A stretch of 64,000 nucleotides of DNA, taken from positions 1,114,607 to 1,178,606 of the forward strand of contig CAWAEG010000001.1 of the NCBI GenBank assembly GCA_963780895.1, read 5' to 3'. The notes beneath the pieces were generated by a model. That model was not told the DNA's origin. It was given only the letters and a program-made list of their open reading frames with translations, and did not search any database. Positions 54,741 through 62,733 of the stretch are shown here, one piece after another (position 1 is the first letter of the stretch; every line of letters starts with the position of its first letter). This DNA comes from an uncultured Acidobacteriota bacterium. Lineage in GTDB: Bacteria; Acidobacteriota; Vicinamibacteria; Vicinamibacterales; SCN-69-37. The position numbers and the translations under genes are program-made.

Positions 54741-56530
54741 CGCAGCTCTCCGTGCGCGGCTGACAACGTGCCGCCGGAGCCGTCGCGCGGGCTGGCCGTG
54801 CCGCTGCGGACGAAGACCCGTACCGGCGGCGCGACCGAGGGACTGTCCAGATGCGGCCGGCTGAACGGCGCCGGCCAAAGGGTGACCGGCGGGAAATAGG
54901 CGGCGAGCGTATAGCCCGCCGATCCATCGAGGAGCGCCGCGTACACCTCGGGCGGGCAGTCCGCGCTATGCGGCATGTCAGGGCGGCTCGTCCAGTCCGG
55001 GACGACGACGAGGTACGCCGGGCCGGCGTCGCGCAGATACTTCAGAACCGCCGGGCCGTGACCCGACTCGCCGACCCATTGCTGACGGCCCATCACACGC
55101 CGGCTGACCACACCGGCATCGAGTGGCGGCAGGGTCTCCGTCACGCCGAAGTATTCGAGGCGATCGCCGGCGCGGTAGTGCGCGCGCAGCCAGTCGGCCG
55201 CCGCGTACCGCGTGTCGTTCCTCTGCGCGAAGCTGAGGTCCAGGACGGCGAGAAGGCGGAACATCACGACCGCCGCGAGCACGGGCACGAACGCGGGCCG
55301 GAACCGCGACGCACGGAGGCTGACCAGCGCCGCCGCCGCGAATCCGTCGACGAACAGCGTGAGCGGGAGGAGGTACCGTACGACCACAATGCCCGGGAGC
55401 CAGATGAAGAAGACGAACGTGGCAACAAACGGCACCAGCCAGATGACGTGCCAGACCGAGCGCCGCACCGCGATGACAAAACCCACCGCCGCGAGGACCA
55501 GGACCGGCAGCGACATCATCGATGCCAGAGCCCTGACGAACTGCCAGGCGATGGTCGTCAAACCCGGCCACGTGTGAGCGACCGGGGTGAAATACGCGGC
55601 CGCGCGCGAGAGGCGATCCGGATCGAAGAGCAGCGCATGCAGGTGCGCCATGTGACGCTGAGGATCGACAAGCATGCCGGTCGCGGCGACGTAGACAGCC
55701 AGTCCGACGAGAACCGCGACGACGATGGCCGGCCAGGGCCTGGCCGCTCCGGCGAGACCCGTGAAACGACGCATCGTGAGCACGAAAAATGCCGGCAGCA
55801 CCAGGGCCGCAGCTTGTTCCTTTGTCGCCACCGCGAGCGCGGCGAGCGCGGCAAACCACGCCGCGCGCCGGATCGTGACGCCCTCGACCGTCATCGTGGC
55901 AAGTATCGCGAGCGCGACCGCGCTCCAGAAAAACGCGGGGACATCGAGGTTTCCGGTCCGGCTGTAATACGCCATCAAATAACTGACGGCTGTCAGCAGG
56001 CCTGCGACGGCTCCGGCGCCGTCGCCCCAAAGCGTCCTCGCGAACGACAACGACGCCATCACGATGCCCACGCCCATCAACACGCTGACCAGGCGCCCGA
56101 TGATCGTCAGCGTCTGGAGAGCCGTGACCGGATCGCGCAAGCCGTACGGGTAGGTCGGGCTGGTCTGCGTCACGCCGCCTGTGATCCACAACACGCCAAG
56201 GTACGGCGCCTGGGCCGCCGATACGACGAAGTAGTGCCACCAGGGGTAGCCGAGGTTGCGGTCGGGCGCGGCGCTCACGAACGTGTTCCGCATCTCCGCC
56301 AGGCCTTCGAGCGGCAGGATCTCGTCCGTGACGAACGTCTTGATGCGATCTGGCGTCGTCGCGTAGGGCAGGCCCCATCCAACGAGTGGGGCGTACAACA
56401 CGAACGCGCCGAGCCCAAGCGCGATCATCGCCACACGAACCTGCCTGGGCAGCCGGACCGCGCCGGCGAACACCGCGGCGTTCGCAGGCTCGTCGACCGT
56501 CGTCACGGCCGCGATGATCGGTCCGATCAT
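54737..56530 (-). CDS. Polytopic membrane glycosyltransferase-like protein, GT-C fold (PMT_2/DUF2723-like)
   Basis: ATG at 56530 with an ATGA overlap. 597 aa. N-terminal loop ...FVTDEILPLEGLAEMRNTF..., many TM helices, C-terminal soluble domain. Confidence 0.6.
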   Translation of the reverse strand: MIGPIIAAVTTVDEPANAAVFAGAVRLPRQVRVAMIALGLGAFVLYAPLVGWGLPYATTPDRIKTFVTDEILPLEGLAEMRNTFVSAAPDRNLGYPWWHYFVVSAAQAPYLGVLWITGGVTQTSPTYPYGLRDPVTALQTLTIIGRLVSVLMGVGIVMASLSFARTLWGDGAGAVAGLLTAVSYLMAYYSRTGNLDVPAFFWSAVALAILATMTVEGVTIRRAAWFAALAALAVATKEQAAALVLPAFFVLTMRRFTGLAGAARPWPAIVVAVLVGLAVYVAATGMLVDPQRHMAHLHALLFDPDRLSRAAAYFTPVAHTWPGLTTIAWQFVRALASMMSLPVLVLAAVGFVIAVRRSVWHVIWLVPFVATFVFFIWLPGIVVVRYLLPLTLFVDGFAAAALVSLRASRFRPAFVPVLAAVVMFRLLAVLDLSFAQRNDTRYAAADWLRAHYRAGDRLEYFGVTETLPPLDAGVVSRRVMGRQQWVGESGHGPAVLKYLRDAGPAYLVVVPDWTSRPDMPHSADCPPEVYAALLDGSAGYTLAAYFPPVTLWPAPFSRPHLDSPSVAPPVRVFVRSGTASPRDGSGGTLSAAHGELR

Positions 56531-58023
56531 GCGGACCTCCGGAGCTTCCGGCGGCGCCGGTGAACGATCGCCAGGGCTCCCGTCATCACCAGGAGGGTGC
56601 TCCCTCCCGCGAGACGGACCGTCCAGGCCAATCGCCGACGTGCTTCATAATCCGCCACGAGATCCTGCAGCAACGCCGCCGGCTCGTACACGTGCCCGCC
56701 CTTGACCACGCGAAAGATGCGTCGGAGATTGGCAGGGTCCGCGACCGGATCGCCTGTGAGGACGACCATGTCGGCGCGCTTTCCAGGCGCCAGCGTGCCG
56801 AGATCGTCGCGCCTGACCGCAGCGGCCGCTCGCTCAGTCGCGGCGCGGAGGGCTGCGATCGGCGTCAAGCCGCATCCGGTCAGGAAGGCGATCTCATCGA
56901 GGAGCCCTATGCCAGGCTGCATGTCGTCCGTGCCCGTGACCACCATGCCGCCGTGCGCGTGGAACCGCCGGACGAACTCGCACATCTTTCCGTAGACGGC
57001 GTCGATCCGATCGTGACGCTTCCCGCGCGCCGCCCAGCCGGTGTCGCCCACCGGCAGCGCGAGGCGCACCAGCTTTTCGAGCGAACGGACCTCGCCGAGA
57101 TACGCGACGTCCGCCGGAAGAGGGTAGTCGAATGTGAAATGCTTTTCGGTGACGAGCATCGGCTCTATCCAGGCGCCGCGCTCGATGAGCTTGTCGCTCG
57201 CCTCACGGAGGCGAGTCTCATCCTGGTAGTTCCACAGCTCCTTGGCCCACACCCAGTACGCGAGGCCCGCGGGCGCCGGCGGTCGCGCCGGGTCGGCGCG
57301 TTTGCCGAACTCCGAGAACGTGTACATGTGCGACACGCCGTCGAACCCGGCGTCGAGCGCGGCCAGGAGAAACGAGTCCCGTCCCCACGTGTGTCCGAAG
57401 ACCGGCAGCCCGAAGGCGTCTGCTTCGCGTCCGATCGCGGCCAGAGTCTCGGCGCCGAAGTCACCTTTGATCTTGACTGCGTCGACGCCCATGTCGGCCA
57501 GGCGCCGTACGATCGCCGCGGCTGCGGGCGGGGTGCTTTGACCCAGTTCCGGCTGCACCAGACCCGACACGATGACTCGGGGTTCCGGCAGGTCGGCTGA
57601 TTCGGCGCGCGCCCGGGCCTTCAGGTTCTCTTCGAGTTGATCGAAGGTACCCGCTTCACGTGTGGCGGTCGTGCCGAAGGCGAAGCGGACGAGCTGCGAC
57701 CTGGATGCGTCCCCTTCGTGACTCCAGTTGAGATGGACGTGCGTGTCGATGAGCCCGGGAATGATCCACTTGCCGGCCGCGTTGACGGTCGCGGCGCCCA
57801 CTGGAATGCTGCAACCGGTGGTCGTCCCGACGCAGGCAATCCGATCGCCATGCCCGACGATCACCGACGCCGGAAGCGGTGGCTCGCCCGTTCCGTCGAT
57901 CAGCACGCCCCCGATGATGGCCCACGGTAAGCTGGATTCCTGGGTACGCGCGCGCGGCGACGGCGGCGCCATCATCGCCATCAGAAACGAGCTGAGGAGA
58001 CAGGCGTACACCTTCACGGGCAC
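56527..58023 (-). CDS. Amidohydrolase-superfamily metallohydrolase with N-terminal signal and C-terminal TM anchor
   Basis: GTG at 58023. AGKWIIPGLIDTHVHL (HxH metal motif). C-terminal LAGGSTLLVMTGALAIVHRRRRKLRR. Confidence 0.7.
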   Translation of the reverse strand: MPVKVYACLLSSFLMAMMAPPSPRARTQESSLPWAIIGGVLIDGTGEPPLPASVIVGHGDRIACVGTTTGCSIPVGAATVNAAGKWIIPGLIDTHVHLNWSHEGDASRSQLVRFAFGTTATREAGTFDQLEENLKARARAESADLPEPRVIVSGLVQPELGQSTPPAAAAIVRRLADMGVDAVKIKGDFGAETLAAIGREADAFGLPVFGHTWGRDSFLLAALDAGFDGVSHMYTFSEFGKRADPARPPAPAGLAYWVWAKELWNYQDETRLREASDKLIERGAWIEPMLVTEKHFTFDYPLPADVAYLGEVRSLEKLVRLALPVGDTGWAARGKRHDRIDAVYGKMCEFVRRFHAHGGMVVTGTDDMQPGIGLLDEIAFLTGCGLTPIAALRAATERAAAAVRRDDLGTLAPGKRADMVVLTGDPVADPANLRRIFRVVKGGHVYEPAALLQDLVADYEARRRLAWTVRLAGGSTLLVMTGALAIVHRRRRKLRRSA

Positions 58024-58082
58024 GCCTGCCGCAGCGCTGGCTCCGCCGAACGGCCGGCCTCTGCATGTGATTTAGTAGCCGC

Positions 58083-59192
58083 GTGACCCGACCGTTTACC
58101 ATCCTGAACATCGTCGGCGCCCGGCCGAACTTCATGAAGATCGCGCCGATCTGCGCCGCGCTGGCGGCCGAGCGCGATCGTCTGGCGTCGATCATCGTCC
58201 ACACCGGCCAGCACTACGACGATCAGCTCTCGAAGGTCTTTTTCGACGATCTGGCCATTCCCCGGCCCGATGTGAACCTGGAAGTCGGCTCCGCCAGTCA
58301 TGCGCAGCAGACGGCGGGCATCATGTCGGCATTCGAGCCGGTCCTGCTGGAACGGCGCGCCGATCTCGTGCTGGTCGTCGGCGACGTGAACTCGACCATC
58401 GCGTGCGCGCTCGTGGCCGTGAAGCTCGGCGTGCCCGTCGCGCACGTCGAGGCCGGGCTTCGGAGCTTCGATCGAACGATGCCCGAAGAGGTCAACCGGG
58501 TGCTGACCGATCAGATCTCGGATCTTCTGTTCACCACGGAGGCCTCGGCCGAAACCAATCTCCGCCGCGAGGGAATCCCGGCGGATCGAATCCATTTCAC
58601 CGGCAACGTGATGATCGACACGCTTCTCGCGCATCGCGAGCGCGCTCGGGCGCTGGCCGTGCACGAATCGCTGGGGCTGACGCCCCGCGGCTACGGGCTG
58701 CTCACCCTGCACCGGCCGAGCAACGTGGACGATCCTGCCGTATTCGACCGGTTGATGAGCGCCATCGGCCAGATCGCGGAGGACGTCCCGGTTCTGTTCC
58801 CGGTCCACCCGAGAACCCGGCCGGTCGTCGGCCGCTCCAGGATCGCGGATGCACTCGTCGAACGCGGCCGGCTGCGGCTGCTCGATCCGCTTGGCTATCT
58901 CGAGTTCATCGGGCTCATGGAACAGGCGCGGATCGTCCTCACGGATTCGGGCGGCATTCAGGAGGAGACGACGATTCTCGGCGTGCCGTGTCTCACGCTC
59001 CGCGAGAACACGGAGCGGCCCGTGACCGTGACGCACGGCACGAACCGGATCGCCGGCACGCAGCCGGAATCGATCGTCGCGGCCTGGCGTGACGTTCGGG
59101 GTCAACAGCATGAACCGGTCCGTCCGCCGCTCTGGGACGGCGGCGCCGCGCGGAGGATCGTCGAGGTGCTCACGAGGTTTGCGCAGCGGTGA
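58083..59192 (+). CDS. wecB: UDP-N-acetylglucosamine 2-epimerase (non-hydrolysing)
   Basis: GTG 58083. ILNIVGARPNFMKIAPI, HTGQHYD, VVGDVNSTIACALVAVKLGVPVAHVEAGLRSFDRTMPEEVNR, TDSGGIQEETT. Confidence 0.9.
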   Translation: MTRPFTILNIVGARPNFMKIAPICAALAAERDRLASIIVHTGQHYDDQLSKVFFDDLAIPRPDVNLEVGSASHAQQTAGIMSAFEPVLLERRADLVLVVGDVNSTIACALVAVKLGVPVAHVEAGLRSFDRTMPEEVNRVLTDQISDLLFTTEASAETNLRREGIPADRIHFTGNVMIDTLLAHRERARALAVHESLGLTPRGYGLLTLHRPSNVDDPAVFDRLMSAIGQIAEDVPVLFPVHPRTRPVVGRSRIADALVERGRLRLLDPLGYLEFIGLMEQARIVLTDSGGIQEETTILGVPCLTLRENTERPVTVTHGTNRIAGTQPESIVAAWRDVRGQQHEPVRPPLWDGGAARRIVEVLTRFAQR

Positions 59193-59197
59193 GGCCC

Positions 59198-60556
59198 TCA
59201 TGAGCCGTTCCCGCGGAGGGGGCCGGCGAACGGTGCCAATTGCAGGATGCGGTCGGCGAGCGCAGCGGCGACGACGCGATGCCCGGCGGCGTTCCAGTGG
59301 AGATCGTCGGTGAGGTAGACGGATTCGCCTGCGGCAAGGGCCTGCCGGAGCGGTCCCATCGCGTCCAGGTACGCGATGCCCTGCGTCCGGCAGAAGGCCC
59401 CGAGCGCCTCCGGCATGCCGTTGGGCTGCCAGACGGCCGCGAAGCCGTCGGCTTTGACCTGGACGAACCCCTGATACGCCCGGTGCTTGCTCGGAATGTA
59501 GACCAGCAGCATCTCCGCACCGATGCCCTTGGACCGATCGCGTGCTTCAGTCAGGATGGCCGTGAGGCGCGACCATTGGTCGTCGTCCCACGGGCGCTCG
59601 TTCATGTCGAAGTACGTCGCTTCGGTGGTGGCGTCGGCCCGCGTGTAGATCATCTCGTGGCGGCGCGCCAGCGCAGACGGCTCCCGGCGCGGCGGTGTTG
59701 TGAGCCCCGCCAGGGCGTGGAGGGCGTTGCGCGTGAACGATCGCGCGGCCAGCGGCGGCGGGGCCAGCAACTCAGCGAGGTGCTGCCGCTGCCAGTCGTA
59801 CGCGCGGAGATCGCCCAGATCGTTGCCGCCGAAGAAGAACCACAGCACGACCTTCGGCGAAAGCGGCACTCCGTACCGCTTCAACACGACAAGTTCCTGC
59901 TGCGGTCCATAGCCGCTCTGTCCCAGATTGGCCACGGTCACGCCCAGCCGGCGCTCCAGCACGGCGACCAGCGTCGCCGCGCGTGGGAGCTCCGCCGCTT
60001 CCACGAACGAATCGCCGATCGCCACGATGTCGGCGCTCGCGAGATCGACGTCGTTCCGGAACCCGTGCCGGTCGTAGACGACGTCGACGGGATAGGTCCT
60101 GGGCGGCAGGCCGAGCCAGTTCAGGTTGCCGGGAACCGTTCCCTTGAAACGGCTGTGCGGCTGGTGAATGGTGATGAGCTCCTCATCGCGGCGGTTGATG
60201 CCCTGCGCGAGCTGCCGCCAGGTATTGTTGTCGCCTGTCCCGAACGCACGGGCGTGGTCGTACCCGAAGAACACCGCAGGTATCTCGAGCACCGCGAGCG
60301 TCGCGAGGACGCTCATCGCCGCCACCGCCACGTGTGCGGTGCGCGTCCCGGCGCCGGTCCGCCGGGAGAGGATGTATCCGGCGGCCGCGATGACGGCGCT
60401 GGCGGCGACGTTCAACGCCACGGTCGCCGCGCTGTACCGCCGCCAGAGCGCATACGCCACGTCAGCGCCGGCCGTCAACACCCACAGGAGGCCGATGGCT
60501 GCCGCGACGGCCAGGCCAGCAGCCCAGGTCTGCGCAGCAGCCGGCGGCGGCGTCAT
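59198..60556 (-). CDS. Membrane-anchored SGNH/GDSL hydrolase-type protein (AlgX/AlgJ/DltD-like polysaccharide O-acyltransferase candidate), paralog 1
   Basis: ATG at 60556 preceded by GGAGG (7-nt spacer); the track start 60577 is less likely. N-terminal TM helices. SGNH blocks IVAIGDSF, GQSGYGP, FGGNDL, DDLHWN. Confidence 0.7.
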   Translation of the reverse strand: MTPPPAAAQTWAAGLAVAAAIGLLWVLTAGADVAYALWRRYSAATVALNVAASAVIAAAGYILSRRTGAGTRTAHVAVAAMSVLATLAVLEIPAVFFGYDHARAFGTGDNNTWRQLAQGINRRDEELITIHQPHSRFKGTVPGNLNWLGLPPRTYPVDVVYDRHGFRNDVDLASADIVAIGDSFVEAAELPRAATLVAVLERRLGVTVANLGQSGYGPQQELVVLKRYGVPLSPKVVLWFFFGGNDLGDLRAYDWQRQHLAELLAPPPLAARSFTRNALHALAGLTTPPRREPSALARRHEMIYTRADATTEATYFDMNERPWDDDQWSRLTAILTEARDRSKGIGAEMLLVYIPSKHRAYQGFVQVKADGFAAVWQPNGMPEALGAFCRTQGIAYLDAMGPLRQALAAGESVYLTDDLHWNAAGHRVVAAALADRILQLAPFAGPLRGNGS

Positions 60557-60604
60557 CGAGTCGCCTCCACGGCACACGCCTGGGCCAGCTGGTCCTCGCG
60601 GCGG

Positions 60605-60862
60605 TCACGAGCGTGACGGGGCATTGATCCGCCCTCCGATGCGGGCCAGCAGCTCGCCGACGTTCTTGATCGCGGCAATCTCGCCCGTGCGAAAACGGAT
60701 GCCAAACGTCCTCTCGACCGCGACGATGATCTGGACGTTGGCCAGCGAGTCCCATCCCTCGACATCGGCGGCCGTGGTTCCATCCTCGAGCATCACGTCT
60801 TCCAACCCCAGCGTGTCGGCCACGATGGCCGCCACCCGTTCGCGAATCTCGTCAGGTGTCAT
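60605..60862 (-). CDS. Acyl carrier protein
   Basis: ATG at 60862 with an ATGA overlap. 85 aa. IVADTLGLEDVMLEDGTTAADVEGWDSLANVQIIVAVERTFGIRF with the phosphopantetheine-Ser context WDSL. Confidence 0.8.
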   Translation of the reverse strand: MTPDEIRERVAAIVADTLGLEDVMLEDGTTAADVEGWDSLANVQIIVAVERTFGIRFRTGEIAAIKNVGELLARIGGRINAPSRS

Positions 60863-62733
60863 GCCGAAGCGGTCCAGTCCGCCGGCGCAATCTCCTCGAC
60901 CGCGATGAACACCGGGAGAGGCTCGGTGTCGGCGACCGGCAGCCGCCACTGCTCCCGTCCGTCCAGGTCGCCGTCCCGGGCAAAACCCAGCCCTGCGTAG
61001 TGATTCCTGACCAGCCCATTCCTTGCGGTCGGCTTGTGGAAGCCGACGATCTCGCTGAGTCCGCGTGCACGCGCCTGGGCCACCAGATGGTTGAACACGA
61101 GCTGCTCGACGCCGCGCCCGAGGACGCGGCAGCTCATCAACCAGGCATCGATTTCGAGCCGTCCCTCGTGCGCGCGGCCGTAGACCACGCTGATGAGGCC
61201 GTGGTCGGCGAACCGGTCCTTGAGGCGAACCGTGCACGTCACGCAGGCCGGGTCGGCCGCCAGCCGCACGACGTCGGCCGGTACCACCCGAGGGGTCGTG
61301 AGATTGAACTGATTGGTCTTGTTGATGAGCTGCGTGATGCGATCGAACGAGACCGGCTCGAACGGCCGGACAGACGCGGTCATCGCGAGCGAGGCGAGGT
61401 AAGCCGGAATGTCGGTCGTGCCCCCGAGCGCCTCGAGCGTCTGCCGCCGCGCATGGTAGGTCGCGGTCCGCTGCAGGTCTTCGCGCGTCAGCGCCACGAC
61501 CTCGAACAGCCGCTCGCCATCGAGCGCGCGCATGAACCCGGACGGATCGTCCGGCAGCTCCGGAACCGTCACGTCAGCCAGCGCCTGACGGACCTCGTGG
61601 CGCTCGGCGGGATTGTCGTCCACGAACACGAACGCTTCGAGCGGAAGGTCCGTCTCCTGCGCAATCGCGCGGATGTTCTCCGACTTCGGCTGCCAGTTGG
61701 CCTTGAACACCACGAAGTCGTCGAGCTTGAGGATCATGTCGGGGTGATCGGTGAATGCCGACTTCGCGATGGCCTCGTCGTTCTTGCTGCACACGGCCAG
61801 CAGCACGCCCCGCTCCTTGAGCTGGCGAACATAGGCTTGAAAGGCCTTGAACGCTTCTCCTTCGGCGCCGCCTTCGCCGATCTGAATGCCGGCCAGACCG
61901 TCGTCGCCAATGACGCCGCCCCAGAGCGTGTTGTCGAGATCGAGGATCAGACACTTTTTCGTCCGGCCGAGGACCGCGCCGATGACGGCGGCCAGGCTGC
62001 GGCAGTATTCCGCCACGCAGTCGAACGACACGGGCTGCTTGGCCAGATGCCAATAGCGCTCGTCGAACCATGTTTCAAGCCCGCGGCGCTCGGCGAGCGA
62101 GGCGACGTCGTTGAGGTGCACATATCCCGGCGCCCGATCGCCGAGCATGAGGTTCACCCGACGCACGAACGTGGTCGGATCCCCGGGCAGCTTCGCGCCG
62201 AAGTTGCCGGCCGCACGCCACGAGAACGGGTGGAAGTTGTCGAGGACAATCTCCGATCCCGTACGCTCGTGAAAGGTCGCGCACGGATCGAGCAGCGCGC
62301 GGCACACTTCCCGGGCGCGCTGCTCGGCGTCTTCGAGCGAAGCGGTGAGCGGCGGCCACCCAGGCATCTGCGGCGCCGCGTTCAGCACGAGCGTGACCTG
62401 GGGACGGAATGCCGCGAGCGGCCCTTCCGGCTCGAGCAGTGAAGTGGTCACCTGCCCGTACGGCTCGACGTGCAGCGACGCGCGAAGCCCGACCCGGAAC
62501 AACGCGGCCTTCAGGATCGGCAGCAGGAAATCGGCGGTGGCGCTGCTCAGGACCGCGACGCTCACAGGCGTCAACCGGGATTCAATCTCGGCGTTCGCGG
62601 TCAGCTTCTCGGCCTGACGGCTGAGACGCAGAAGCGTCGAATAGTCCTGCGTGGCCCCCCAGGCCCGAAGACACTCGCGCCAGACCTCGGGCATGGAGCG
62701 AGCGGCTGCCGCCGGGGACTGCGGTCCGCTCAT
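60859..62733 (-). CDS. FkbH-like HAD-IIIC phosphatase/acyl-loading enzyme with C-terminal GNAT-like domain
   Basis: ATG at 62733 with an ATGA overlap. CLILDLDNTLWGGVIGDDG, LLAVCSKNDE, FKANWQPKSENIRAIA, FVDDNPAER (HAD-IIIC/FkbH motifs). C-terminal ...SCRVLGRGVEQ... Confidence 0.8.
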   Translation of the reverse strand: MSGPQSPAAAARSMPEVWRECLRAWGATQDYSTLLRLSRQAEKLTANAEIESRLTPVSVAVLSSATADFLLPILKAALFRVGLRASLHVEPYGQVTTSLLEPEGPLAAFRPQVTLVLNAAPQMPGWPPLTASLEDAEQRAREVCRALLDPCATFHERTGSEIVLDNFHPFSWRAAGNFGAKLPGDPTTFVRRVNLMLGDRAPGYVHLNDVASLAERRGLETWFDERYWHLAKQPVSFDCVAEYCRSLAAVIGAVLGRTKKCLILDLDNTLWGGVIGDDGLAGIQIGEGGAEGEAFKAFQAYVRQLKERGVLLAVCSKNDEAIAKSAFTDHPDMILKLDDFVVFKANWQPKSENIRAIAQETDLPLEAFVFVDDNPAERHEVRQALADVTVPELPDDPSGFMRALDGERLFEVVALTREDLQRTATYHARRQTLEALGGTTDIPAYLASLAMTASVRPFEPVSFDRITQLINKTNQFNLTTPRVVPADVVRLAADPACVTCTVRLKDRFADHGLISVVYGRAHEGRLEIDAWLMSCRVLGRGVEQLVFNHLVAQARARGLSEIVGFHKPTARNGLVRNHYAGLGFARDGDLDGREQWRLPVADTEPLPVFIAVEEIAPADWTASA

